Assembly: GCA_037129475.1 (NCBI GenBank)
Contig: JBAXUY010000004.1
Location: forward strand, 2,111-66,110
Source: Planctomycetia bacterium
GTDB lineage: Bacteria; Planctomycetota; Planctomycetia; Pirellulales; UBA1268
Length of the DNA stretch: 64,000 nucleotides
Direction: 5' to 3'
The notes beneath the pieces were generated by a model. It made no database searches. It was not told the DNA's origin and saw nothing but the letters and a program-made list of their open reading frames with translations. Positions 30,118 through 39,384 of this stretch are shown piece after piece. A program made the translations under genes and the position numbers. The first letter of the stretch is position 1. Each line of letters starts with the position of its first letter.

Positions 30118-32189
30118 TTCCGGCGGGCAACGGCGGCGAGCGCCACGCCGAGCAGTGCCAGCCCTATCGCCGCTGGCTCCGGCACCATCACGAGCTGCAT
30201 CACCTGGCCGTTCGTCACGGTGCCATCGGCGAAGTTCGCGCTCGCCACGCTCACCGTCGACACGCTCACGGTCTCGTAGCTCGGCCAGAAGCTCGTGTCG
30301 AGCAGATAGTAGCCCTGGCCGTTGTAGGTCTTCGCCGTGCCCAATCCGTTGCCGAGCACGTAATACGTGAACGCCGCGTTCTGAATGCTCGAGAGAAAGC
30401 TCGCCGAGGCGTCGGTAAAAAATCCACCTTGAAACGTATCGTTGAGCGCGAGTGACGTCACGCCGAGGTACACGTCCACGGCGTTCGCCGACCCAAGCGC
30501 GGTCGTGAATGGCGACGATCCCGCCGTCAGCCGGAGCACGTCATTCCCGCTGGCCGTGCCCGTGGCCCAGATCGGCGCGCCCGTCTTCCCGAACTCAAAG
30601 TTGAAGTCGAGCCCGCTGGTCGGATTCACGCTCGTGGCCGTGAGGATGCCAGGGCTGTTGCCGGGTCCTACGATTCCGGCCCCCGAGATCGCGCTCACGC
30701 GGCCCGAGCCACCGAGCGTCACCCCTGCATCAAGGGCCACGCCGCTTGATGCGGCGATGTTGCCATTGACCACGAGGGCCCCGGAGTGCACCCACGTGCC
30801 GCCGGTGTAGCTGCTCGAGCCGGTGAGCTCGAGCCGATTTCCCGAGAGGGCGAGGCCGCCGCTGCCCGACACCGCGCCCGTAATCCGGGCCGTGCCACTG
30901 CCGGCGATTTCGAGCAGCCAGCCGTTCGTGTTGATCGAAGCCGCAGTCACTCCGCCCGACCCGACATCCCAATATTGGGTGTCGCCAAGGGCCACGGTGT
31001 TTGAAAACGTCTGTCGCGACGTGTCGTAATTGGTCAGGCCGCCCCGGCCGATCGTGAGCGTATTTGCTCCCGAGAACGTGAATCCGAGCGTCCCGGTCGC
31101 CGTGCCCTTGAAGGCCAGCCCGCGCAGGTTCACGGCTGCGTTGAGATCGATCGACCGCACGGCCGTGGATGTCCCGCTAAACAGCGTGTAGAGATCTGTC
31201 GGCACCGAGTTGGAGCTCCAGTTGCCTGTCCTGCTGAGGTCGTCCTGCGTGGTCGGTCCGCCGGATCCGCCCTGCCAGGTTGCGCTGGGATTCCCCACCA
31301 CCCGGAGTGCATAGCCCGTCACGGCCATGGCATCGGTCGCATTGGCCATGGCTCCCGGGGCGGCGAGCAGGCTCATGATGTTGTAATTGCCGCTGACGCC
31401 CGAGTTGAGCCCGAGCACGGTCAGTTCCTTGCCACCGTTGGGATTCGTCCAGCCGTTGAGCAGCGGGCTGCCCGAATCGCCCTCCACGAGTTGCACGCTG
31501 GGCGTGCCCGACCGCAGTGTGAGAATCACGGTCTGCGTCGGATCAGAACTTAGAACCCCAGTCTGATTGACGGTGGCGGCCCCAGCCCGCGGGCTATCGT
31601 TGGTTGTGTTTCCCCTGCCATAGGCGAGCACGCCGAGACCGTTGTAGACGGAGTAGCTGGTTGACACCGACGAGGTAAACAGGTCGAGCACGCCGTACCG
31701 AAAGACGTTGGTTGGCGACGCGATCGGCGCGGCAAGCGTTCCCAGGGCCAAGTCGTTGGCAGTCACGCCGCCGTTCGTAACGATCGCTCCGTAGCCGAGA
31801 TTTGTGATGCCGCTATTCGTCTGCGACACGAGCAGTCCGTCGTTTCCGCGAATTGTGACGCCCTGGGTGAGCAGGCCGCCGTTCTCGTAGTGCTGGGCCG
31901 TGAGAAAGTGCCGCGGGCTGAGGAGGGCCAGGCCCTTGTAGCTCGAGGCGGCGTAGATCGTGGTGCTCCAGCCCACGCCCGACCAGTCGTAGGCCGCACC
32001 CACGAAGCTGCCGCTGGTGTTGGGCGTCGGGTTCGTCGGGAATCCGCCGGTGAAGCGATCGTTAACCGTGGCCGAATAATCGGTGATATCGAGTGCGACG
32101 GCGGGGGGGCCATCAGCCACTACGACGGCGACCAGGGCGGCGACAGCCCAAGAGGCCCATGGGCGGGATGATGGTTCGCGTCGGTTCAA
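30114..32189 (-). CDS. Secreted trypsin-like serine protease domain + autotransporter-associated beta-strand repeats + PEP-CTERM anchor
   Basis: The start is TTG at 32189, followed by a signal peptide. Triad-like motifs are FLTAQHY (His), NDLALG (Asp) and GDSGSPLL (Ser). Repeats of the type LTGSSSYTGGTWVHSGALVVNG are present. The C-terminus VPEPAAIGLALLGVALAAVARRK is a PEP-CTERM signal. Confidence 0.85.
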   Translation of the reverse strand: MNRREPSSRPWASWAVAALVAVVVADGPPAVALDITDYSATVNDRFTGGFPTNPTPNTSGSFVGAAYDWSGVGWSTTIYAASSYKGLALLSPRHFLTAQHYENGGLLTQGVTIRGNDGLLVSQTNSGITNLGYGAIVTNGGVTANDLALGTLAAPIASPTNVFRYGVLDLFTSSVSTSYSVYNGLGVLAYGRGNTTNDSPRAGAATVNQTGVLSSDPTQTVILTLRSGTPSVQLVEGDSGSPLLNGWTNPNGGKELTVLGLNSGVSGNYNIMSLLAAPGAMANATDAMAVTGYALRVVGNPSATWQGGSGGPTTQDDLSRTGNWSSNSVPTDLYTLFSGTSTAVRSIDLNAAVNLRGLAFKGTATGTLGFTFSGANTLTIGRGGLTNYDTSRQTFSNTVALGDTQYWDVGSGGVTAASINTNGWLLEIAGSGTARITGAVSGSGGLALSGNRLELTGSSSYTGGTWVHSGALVVNGNIAASSGVALDAGVTLGGSGRVSAISGAGIVGPGNSPGILTATSVNPTSGLDFNFEFGKTGAPIWATGTASGNDVLRLTAGSSPFTTALGSANAVDVYLGVTSLALNDTFQGGFFTDASASFLSSIQNAAFTYYVLGNGLGTAKTYNGQGYYLLDTSFWPSYETVSVSTVSVASANFADGTVTNGQVMQLVMVPEPAAIGLALLGVALAAVARRK

Positions 32190-32496
32190 GACGTCCTCTT
32201 GATCATCGTCGTCGGAAAGCCCTGCCCATAGTCGAGTATATGTCGCGGAACGACCCTATTTCAACAAATTTCCGGCCGGCCGACTCACGCGGCGGTCGGC
32301 CCCAACAACCGTGCTCGCCGTCACCTTCCTCACTCGAGGCGGGGCAGCGCGCGGCAAAAATTACTGTTCGAAGCGTATCGTTATCCTTAGCGCTGTAGAA
32401 TTTATGGGTACGGTGCAAGGCAACGCGGGTGTCACCCAGGGGAACGGAGTGCACCTGCACAGCACCCCTCCTTTGAAGGGATAGCAAGGGCCTGTC
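32190..32496. promoter_or_regulatory. Divergent intergenic region (PEP-CTERM gene versus the long plus-strand glycan operon)
   Basis: This is a 307-nt gap that looks more AT-rich than its flanks. No specific elements were identified. Confidence 0.35.
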
Positions 32497-33258
32497 TTGG
32501 ATTCGCTTCCGTCTGCTTCGCGGCGTGTTGCCAGCGACCGACCAGTTCGGTCGGCCGACCGCGATAGCTTCGCCCCGCCGCCAGCCTGCGAACGAATCCT
32601 CATCGTTGGCGCGGGGGGCTTCGGCCGCGAACTACTGCAGTGGGCACGTGACGCGTGGCCGCAGTGGTCCGATCGCTTAGCCGGGTTTCTGTCCGCCGAT
32701 GACCATGTGCTCGACGGATTCGATTGCAACCTTCCGATCGTCGGCTCACCGACAGACTTTCGACCATCTCGTGGCGACGGGTTCCTGCTCGCAATCGGCG
32801 TCCCCTACGCACGGCGGAATGTGGCAGAACTGCTACTGGCCCGTGGCGCCCAGTTCCTCACGCTCGTACATCCCACCGCCGTCGTTTCCGCCTCGGCGAA
32901 AATCGGCGACGGCGCCGTGCTCTGCCCATATTCCATCGCCAGCGACTCGTGCCGGGTGGGCCGGTTCGTGCTCATGAACTACCACACCTCGCTCGGGCAC
33001 GACGCCATAGCCGGTGATTTTTCGGTTTTATCTCCCTATGCAACGCTCGGCGGCCGTGCCTCAATAGACGAAGATGTCTTTTTAGGCCTCCACGCTTCGG
33101 TAGGGCCCGGGAAAACCGTTGGCGCCCGTAGCAAGGTAAGCGCTAATTCCTGCGTCTTGGCCAATGCCCCATCCGACTCACTGGTGTTCGGCGTTCCTGG
33201 CCGAATCGGCAACCGGATCGACCTCGATTCCTTCCCGAAGCGTAGTAGCGAAAGATGA
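32497..33258 (+). CDS. Sugar N-/O-acyltransferase, NeuD/PglD family (Rossmann-like N-domain + left-handed beta-helix)
   Basis: It has ILIVGAGGFGRELLQW followed by hexapeptide repeats (IGDGAVLCPYSIASDSCRVGRFVLMNYHTSLGHDAIAGDF...). The start is uncertain: TTG at 32497 is the only in-frame start upstream of the Rossmann motif. Confidence 0.8.
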   Translation: MDSLPSASRRVASDRPVRSADRDSFAPPPACERILIVGAGGFGRELLQWARDAWPQWSDRLAGFLSADDHVLDGFDCNLPIVGSPTDFRPSRGDGFLLAIGVPYARRNVAELLLARGAQFLTLVHPTAVVSASAKIGDGAVLCPYSIASDSCRVGRFVLMNYHTSLGHDAIAGDFSVLSPYATLGGRASIDEDVFLGLHASVGPGKTVGARSKVSANSCVLANAPSDSLVFGVPGRIGNRIDLDSFPKRSSER

Positions 33259-34697
33259 TGCCTTGGTCTTCTAAATTCTGCGTCGGGATCGTACTTGTGC
33301 TTTCCCTTGGCCTCGGTTTTTACGCCACCGCGGCCGACCAAGTTCCGCCCCCAGCAGGGGCGGAACTCGATGCCGCGATGGAGTCGGTGAAGGCGATCTA
33401 CGCCGACAAGGCCAGCAAGGCCAAGACGCCGTCGGAACGGGCGGCGCTTGCCCGGGAGGTGTTCGGGCATCGCGACGCTGCATCCACGCAGGCCGAGCGC
33501 TACGCGATCGTCATGGCGGCGCTCAACATCGCCACCAAGAGCGACGACGCGCTCTTGTTGATGACTATCTGCGACGATCTGGCGGCCACATTCACGGTGG
33601 ACAGGATCCGCCTATTCGTCGATCGCGTGGACGATACGACCGGCCCTGTATCGCAGGCCGCTTGGCCGAAGCTCAAAGACAGACTCGACGGCATGGCCGA
33701 TGCCTGCCTGCAGGCAAACCGCTTCGACGACGCAACCAAATTAGCCACGGCGATGATGTCGCTCGCCAAGCGAGCCCGCGACGCAAAGGCAGGCACAGCT
33801 ACCACTGCGCTCCGCAAGACCATCGCCGACCGGAAGAAGGCCCGTGAACGCTACGAAGACCTGGCAAACGCTGCCAACCAGCGCGACGCTGATCCCAAGA
33901 CGCTGCTCGAGTTTGGCCGCATGCTGTGTTTCACAGAGGGGGATTGGGCCCAGGGTGTTCGCTATCTCGCTCGCTCCGATGACGCAGCGCTTTCCGCCGT
34001 CGCAGCCGCGGAGGCTCGGGCCGCGACGCCGGAGGCGCAACTTGCGGTAGCCGATGCCTGGGCGACCTACGCCGAGAAAGCCCCGGTTAACGAGAGGGAG
34101 CCGATCCGCGACCATGCCGCCGAGATTTACACCGAAGTAATCCCAACCCTGACGGGCCTCGCGAAAGTGCGCGCCGAGAAGGCGCTCGATGACGTGCTGG
34201 CCGCCTCCCAGTCAACGAAAGATGGAAATGCTTGGCTGGTCGTCTTCCGATCCGACAACCCCAAGATCTGGAACACGGAAAGTCGTGACGATCCACGAAA
34301 CTTCGCCGTGCCGCTCGACAGCCTGCCGCAGACGATCAGGTTCGTCCGAATCCGTCGCTCCAATGGCCAGACCGTGATTGCTCCGATCAGTAAGCAGACG
34401 ATCGGCTCGCTTTCGAGGGGCCCGCGCTACGGCTGGGAAGGCTCCAAGCCGGAGCGGTTCGGAGCATTACTGTTGGGCATCATCGACAACGAGGCCAATG
34501 TTCACCAAAAGACGGGTGAGGTGGGCATCGTGGATAGTGGGCAAGACTGTCGCTCAGGCTGGGGATTCGGCATTCGCATCAATCATGGCAACCAGGCTGT
34601 ATGCTGGGCGGGCAAGTGGATCCCCACCGAGCCGCTGGAAATCGCCGTGGCCAAACGACCGCTATCGCCCGACGAGCAAAAACTGCTGCTCGAATGA
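33255..34697 (+). CDS. Secreted hypothetical protein (480 aa)
   Basis: It has a signal/TM segment (FCVGIVLVLSLGLGFYATAA) and is ATGA-coupled on both sides. The helical N-module resembles the 15056..15628 product; the C-terminal beta-rich domain is unknown. Confidence 0.7.
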   Translation: MMPWSSKFCVGIVLVLSLGLGFYATAADQVPPPAGAELDAAMESVKAIYADKASKAKTPSERAALAREVFGHRDAASTQAERYAIVMAALNIATKSDDALLLMTICDDLAATFTVDRIRLFVDRVDDTTGPVSQAAWPKLKDRLDGMADACLQANRFDDATKLATAMMSLAKRARDAKAGTATTALRKTIADRKKARERYEDLANAANQRDADPKTLLEFGRMLCFTEGDWAQGVRYLARSDDAALSAVAAAEARAATPEAQLAVADAWATYAEKAPVNEREPIRDHAAEIYTEVIPTLTGLAKVRAEKALDDVLAASQSTKDGNAWLVVFRSDNPKIWNTESRDDPRNFAVPLDSLPQTIRFVRIRRSNGQTVIAPISKQTIGSLSRGPRYGWEGSKPERFGALLLGIIDNEANVHQKTGEVGIVDSGQDCRSGWGFGIRINHGNQAVCWAGKWIPTEPLEIAVAKRPLSPDEQKLLLE

Positions 34698-35842
34698 GAA
34701 TCCGCGTCGTAGGTTTCAACTTCAGCGCAATCGGCGGCCTGGAGATCGTTTCCAAAGCGATCGCCGGGGTGCTGGCCCGACGAGGTCACGACGTCGCATG
34801 CTTGGCATTGCACGAATCCGGCACCATCACCGGCGACGGATTCAAGATCGTGGGCATCGTGCCGGGATTCATCGGAGCGCGCTCGCTGGCCCACCGCTTT
34901 CCCGCGCTCTTCCCGAGCGGCCAGCTCCGGAGCCATCTTGGCGATACCGACATCGTCATCGCAGCCCATGCCCACACGCTTTGGACCGTGCTGCCCGTCG
35001 TCGAGACCTTGCCGTCCCGACCGATCGTCGTCGGCTGGCTTCATGGCCGCGAAGCCTGGGCCCGACTAGGGAGGGACCTGGCCCCGTGGCTGCAGAAGGT
35101 TGATCATCTTGCCGCCGTCAGTCACTTCACAGCCGACACGGTCAGCAACTTAGTGCCTGGGATACCCCGGCCCACGGTCATCCATAATCCGGTCGATACA
35201 AACGTCTTTTTCCCCACCGCTTCGCCGGCCGATATTCGGCGGCACCATATCCTCACGGTTGGTCGCCACGATCTTGACTCGCACCATAAGGGCTACGACG
35301 TGCTGATCGAGGCCATGAGCCTGCTGCGCCGCAACCGGCCCGATCTACCGCTCAAACTCACCATCACTGGCACGGGATCGCTGCTCGAGAATCATCGGCG
35401 GCGGATCGCCGACAGCCGCCTGGGCGAAGTGGTCTCGCTGGCGGGAAGGGTTTCCCGTGACACGCTTCGTTCGCTCTACCAAACGACCGACCTGTTCGCG
35501 TTTCCCAGCCGCCTTGAATCCGTCAATGACGAGGAATTTGGAGAGGGCTTCGGCGTCGTCAACGCGGAAGCCGCCGCCTGCGGCCGGCCCGTGATCACGA
35601 GCACGCATGGTGGCTGTCCGGAAACGGTGATCGACGGCGTCACGGGATTCGCCATCGATCCCACGTCGCCCGACCTCGTGTCCCGCGGGATCGCGGCAGT
35701 TTTCGACATGCCCGCTGCGGAACGCGACGCCATGGGCGCGCGCGGCCGGGCGATGGTCATGGAGCGTTTTTCCACGACAGTCTTCGAGCAGCGCGTAGGC
35801 GATTTCATCGACTCGTGCGCAGCCGGAGCCATGGTGTCATGA
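34694..35842 (+). CDS. Glycosyltransferase, GT4-like (GT-B fold)
   Basis: The ATG at 34694 (ATGA overlap) gives MRIRVVGFNFSAIGGLEIVSK... The C-terminal half has the E-x7-E-type region EEFGEGFGVVNAEAAACGRPVITS. Confidence 0.85.
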   Translation: MRIRVVGFNFSAIGGLEIVSKAIAGVLARRGHDVACLALHESGTITGDGFKIVGIVPGFIGARSLAHRFPALFPSGQLRSHLGDTDIVIAAHAHTLWTVLPVVETLPSRPIVVGWLHGREAWARLGRDLAPWLQKVDHLAAVSHFTADTVSNLVPGIPRPTVIHNPVDTNVFFPTASPADIRRHHILTVGRHDLDSHHKGYDVLIEAMSLLRRNRPDLPLKLTITGTGSLLENHRRRIADSRLGEVVSLAGRVSRDTLRSLYQTTDLFAFPSRLESVNDEEFGEGFGVVNAEAAACGRPVITSTHGGCPETVIDGVTGFAIDPTSPDLVSRGIAAVFDMPAAERDAMGARGRAMVMERFSTTVFEQRVGDFIDSCAAGAMVS

Positions 35843-37131
35843 AGGCCCAAGACGCAGGCATCGCGAAGGGTCGCGTCGCAATCATCGGCCTCGGCTACGT
35901 CGGGCTGCCGTTGGCCTTGGCCTTTGTGAAGGCGGGACACGCCGTGGTGGGCATCGACCGCGATCCCGAGAAGGCCACGCTGCTCGAGGCCGGCACATCG
36001 TATTTGCGTCATATCCCGGCGGAGCGGATTCGCGAGGCGATGGGCACGGGCCGTCTGCATGCCACGGCAAACATGGCGGAGGCTGCCGAAGCAGAGGCCG
36101 TAATCATCTGCGTGCCCACTCCGCTCACGCCGCAGCGCGATCCCGACCTCTCCTATGTGCTCAACACGGGCGCCGCGCTGGCTCCACACCTCCGCCAAGG
36201 GATGCTCGTGGTCCTTGAGTCCACCACCTATCCCGGCACCACCTCCGTCGAACTGCGGGGCTGCCTGGAGCATGGCTCCGGCCTCGTGGCCGGCCGCGAC
36301 TTCCATCTCGCCTTCTCGCCCGAACGCGAAGATCCGGGCAATCCGACGTCGCTCGAGCGTATCCCGAAGGTCGTGGGCGGCCTCACGCCGGCCTGTCTGC
36401 GGCGGGCGGTAGACCTCTATGGCGCGGTCGTGCCCCGGGTGGTCGAGGTATCGAGCTGTGACGCTGCAGAGGCTACAAAACTGCTAGAAAACATCTTCCG
36501 CTCAGTCAACATCGCCCTCGTCAACGAGTTGAAGGTGATCTACGAGGCGATGGGCATCGACGTATGGGAGGTGATCGCCGCGGCGAGCACCAAGCCCTTT
36601 GGTTTCATGCCGTTCTATCCCGGGCCCGGCCTGGGCGGACACTGCATCCCCATCGACCCCTTCTACCTCAGTTGGAAAGCCCGCGAATTCGGCCACACGG
36701 CCCGATTCATCGAGCTGGCAGGTGAGATCAACACGGCGATGCCGCGGCACGTGGTCAACCGCGTCGCCGACGCGCTCAACGACAGGGGCAAGGCGGTGCG
36801 GGGTGCCCGGATCCTTCTGCTCGGCCTCGCCTACAAGAAAAACGTGGATGACGACCGCGAGTCGCCTACCTACGCCATCTGGGAGATGCTCGCCGACGCA
36901 GGCGCTTCGATCTCTTACAACGATCCCTTCGTGCCCGTGGTGCGGCCGGGCCGCACGCACAGCGCCTTCGCCGGCAGGCAATCCGTCCCCATCACAGACG
37001 ACTTCGACGCGATTGTCGTCTGCACCGATCACGACGCCTACCGCGAGCATGACTTTGGCGGCTTTGAGGCTGCGGTCATCGACACACGCAACGCAATTCG
37101 TCACCGCCCGAAGCACTACCACCGGGCCTGA
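35839..37131 (+). CDS. Nucleotide-sugar 6-dehydrogenase (UDP-glucose/UDP-ManNAc dehydrogenase family)
   Basis: It has VAIIGLGYVGLPLALAF, the catalytic region GPGLGGHCIPIDP and LGLAYKKNVDDDRESP. Confidence 0.9.
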   Translation: MKAQDAGIAKGRVAIIGLGYVGLPLALAFVKAGHAVVGIDRDPEKATLLEAGTSYLRHIPAERIREAMGTGRLHATANMAEAAEAEAVIICVPTPLTPQRDPDLSYVLNTGAALAPHLRQGMLVVLESTTYPGTTSVELRGCLEHGSGLVAGRDFHLAFSPEREDPGNPTSLERIPKVVGGLTPACLRRAVDLYGAVVPRVVEVSSCDAAEATKLLENIFRSVNIALVNELKVIYEAMGIDVWEVIAAASTKPFGFMPFYPGPGLGGHCIPIDPFYLSWKAREFGHTARFIELAGEINTAMPRHVVNRVADALNDRGKAVRGARILLLGLAYKKNVDDDRESPTYAIWEMLADAGASISYNDPFVPVVRPGRTHSAFAGRQSVPITDDFDAIVVCTDHDAYREHDFGGFEAAVIDTRNAIRHRPKHYHRA

Positions 37132-37140
37132 CGACACACC

Positions 37141-38547
37141 ATGGCCACCGCCCACCTTCAGACACTTCCACCGCGGACAGTTCCCGGCGTCGCGGACCGG
37201 ATCCGGTCCGCGTTCGCCTCGGCGCGGAGCGTGCCCAGTTCCCTGCCCCCGTTCTGGATCGCCTGCGCTCTCACGCTCATCGTGGCCCACTACCAGCTCT
37301 GGGGAAGGCTCAACATCGTCTACAAGATTCTGGGCACCGTCGTGGTCGTGATGATGCCATTCACGGCCGGGTTTGCCCGCATCATCTCGCGGCCGGCGGT
37401 CATCTGGCTACTCGTGTTCGAGGCGGTGATGGTCGCCAACATGGCGTTAGGGCGCTACTTCACGGTGTCGAGCCTGTTTACGACGGCAAGTGCCCCGGTG
37501 ATCCTGATCCGCTCGCTCCCCTTCCTGCTCTGCGGCTACACGCTCGCCCGCCACCCGCTGTGGCAACGCCGCTTCCTGCTCTTCGTCGGGGCGGTCTATT
37601 GGCTGTTCGCGGTCCAAGATGCCCGCGGGTTTATCGCTGGAGCCCGGGCGCAGCTCGGTCGCGCGGAAACGTACACACAAACGCAGGGTCTGGACGACAC
37701 CCGCGTGGGTTCGATGTACGTCGGTGCGTTCACCTATTTTGCCCCGTTGATGCTGTTCTTCGCGATCGGGCTGTTCCGGCTCTATCCGACGCTTTCCAAG
37801 CCTTGGAAGATGTTCGTGATCGTGATCCAGGTGACTTTTTCGACCGTGGCCGTGCTCGCGGGCTTCGGGGCCACGACGACGATGGCGTTTCTCGCCGTGC
37901 TTCTCCTGGCGATCTATGCACCGGTGAAGACGATCGGCTGGAGACTCTACTACCTCGGCATCAGTGGGGCGGCGTTCGCGATATTTGAAGTCATTCGTCG
38001 CGCACTCTTGGACCAAGGAGGGCGTGGTGCTGCCGGAGATGCGTTTGCGAAATTTACGCTCCTGTTCCAGTCGTTGTGGTCAGCTCTGACTGGTGTTGAT
38101 ATGTCGGCGCTCGAGCGGGCTTCAAGCTCTCGCATTCCCTTGATGCTCGCTTCTCTCGAGACGTTTTTGCGCAATCCGATCGTAGGACACGGCTTTTACG
38201 GTGCATCCGACCTGGACATCGGCGGCCACAGCTTCCTGGTGGACACGGCTGCCATTTTCGGTCTTGTCGGACTCGTGCCGATCCTGTTTTTTTTCTCGCT
38301 TGTGCTCACGGGCCTACGCCGCAAAAACCGACACGGAGGGCGAACCTGGCCGATCTCGAGTTCCCGGATCTTTGTCCTGCTGTTGCTCGCCGGGTTGGTC
38401 ATGAATCCCTATTTCCTCAGCCTTCTCAGCCTCTCGTACTTTCTGTTCCTACTGCTCGGTTTCGCACTCGCCGACAGCGAAGTGGATACGCCTTCCTCCA
38501 CGGAATCTGTCCGTCCCGCGCGCCAAGCCCAGCCACTCAGCCTCTGA
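37141..38547 (+). CDS. O-antigen ligase/polymerase-like (Wzy/WaaL-type) polytopic membrane protein
   Basis: 468 aa with about 10 or more hydrophobic segments and a large loop with GHGFYGASDLDIGGHSFLVD, typical of the O-antigen ligase (Wzy_C) family. Confidence 0.75.
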   Translation: MATAHLQTLPPRTVPGVADRIRSAFASARSVPSSLPPFWIACALTLIVAHYQLWGRLNIVYKILGTVVVVMMPFTAGFARIISRPAVIWLLVFEAVMVANMALGRYFTVSSLFTTASAPVILIRSLPFLLCGYTLARHPLWQRRFLLFVGAVYWLFAVQDARGFIAGARAQLGRAETYTQTQGLDDTRVGSMYVGAFTYFAPLMLFFAIGLFRLYPTLSKPWKMFVIVIQVTFSTVAVLAGFGATTTMAFLAVLLLAIYAPVKTIGWRLYYLGISGAAFAIFEVIRRALLDQGGRGAAGDAFAKFTLLFQSLWSALTGVDMSALERASSSRIPLMLASLETFLRNPIVGHGFYGASDLDIGGHSFLVDTAAIFGLVGLVPILFFFSLVLTGLRRKNRHGGRTWPISSSRIFVLLLLAGLVMNPYFLSLLSLSYFLFLLLGFALADSEVDTPSSTESVRPARQAQPLSL

Positions 38548-38556
38548 CGTTTCATC

Positions 38557-39381
38557 ATGGAGACCATCATCGAGGCTGGGCGGGCGGAAAAAAGTTACTG
38601 GCGTGACCTGTGGCGGTACCGGGATCTCTTCTACTTCCTGGCCTGGCGCGACGTCCTGGTCCGCTACAAGCAAACCGTCTTTGGCGTCCTGTGGGCCGTG
38701 CTACGGCCATTTCTCACGATGGCGATCTTCGTCGTCATCTTCAGTCGTGTCGCGGGCCTTCCCAGCGATGGGGTGCCCTACGCCATCCTCGTACTGGGGG
38801 GCATGCTGCCGTGGCAGTTCTTCGCAAGTGCGCTCGCGGAATCGAGTAACAGCCTCGTTTCCAACGCGAGCCTCATCACGAAGGTGTATTTTCCACGGAT
38901 CATCCTTCCGGCCAGCTCAGTGATCGTGGCAACAGTCGACTTTCTAATCACACTCGGCCTCATGGCAGCGGTGATGGCTTGGTATGGCTACGTGCCTCCC
39001 GCCCGTATCCTGCTGCTGCCGGCATTCGTACTGCTCGCTCTGGTTGCAGCCTTGGGACCCGGGCTGATCGCGACTGCACTCAACGTGAAATATCGTGACT
39101 TCCGGTTTGTGATCCCGTTCATCGTGCAGTTCGGTCTCTATGTGTCGCCCGTCGGCTTCCGATCCTCGATCATCGAGGAAAAATTGGGCCCCGTGGCGCG
39201 GCTCCTCTATTCTCTGAACCCCATGGTGGGCGTGATCGACGGCTTTCGCTGGTGTATCGGGGCGGAGCCGAAGCTTCACGTCGGCTCGCTTGCGGTATCC
39301 ACGGCAATGAGCTTCGTTCTGCTGTGGGCTGGCGTCCGATTTTTTCGCAGCACCGAGAAGAGCTTCGCGGACGTCGTCTGA
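38557..39381 (+). CDS. wzm: Polysaccharide ABC exporter permease (ABC-2, Wzm/TagG type)
   Basis: It has YRDLFYFLAWRDVLVRYKQTVFGVLWAVLRPFL, a typical N-terminal signature, and six TM segments. Confidence 0.9.
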   Translation: METIIEAGRAEKSYWRDLWRYRDLFYFLAWRDVLVRYKQTVFGVLWAVLRPFLTMAIFVVIFSRVAGLPSDGVPYAILVLGGMLPWQFFASALAESSNSLVSNASLITKVYFPRIILPASSVIVATVDFLITLGLMAAVMAWYGYVPPARILLLPAFVLLALVAALGPGLIATALNVKYRDFRFVIPFIVQFGLYVSPVGFRSSIIEEKLGPVARLLYSLNPMVGVIDGFRWCIGAEPKLHVGSLAVSTAMSFVLLWAGVRFFRSTEKSFADVV

Positions 39382-39384
39382 AGG

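Noticed and set aside
32400-32470. Possible structured leader or riboswitch upstream of the PglD-like gene (GGTGCA...TGCACC stem around 32411-32456).
   Set aside because: There is only one modest stem and no resemblance to any riboswitch class I can recognise. This is not enough evidence from sequence alone.
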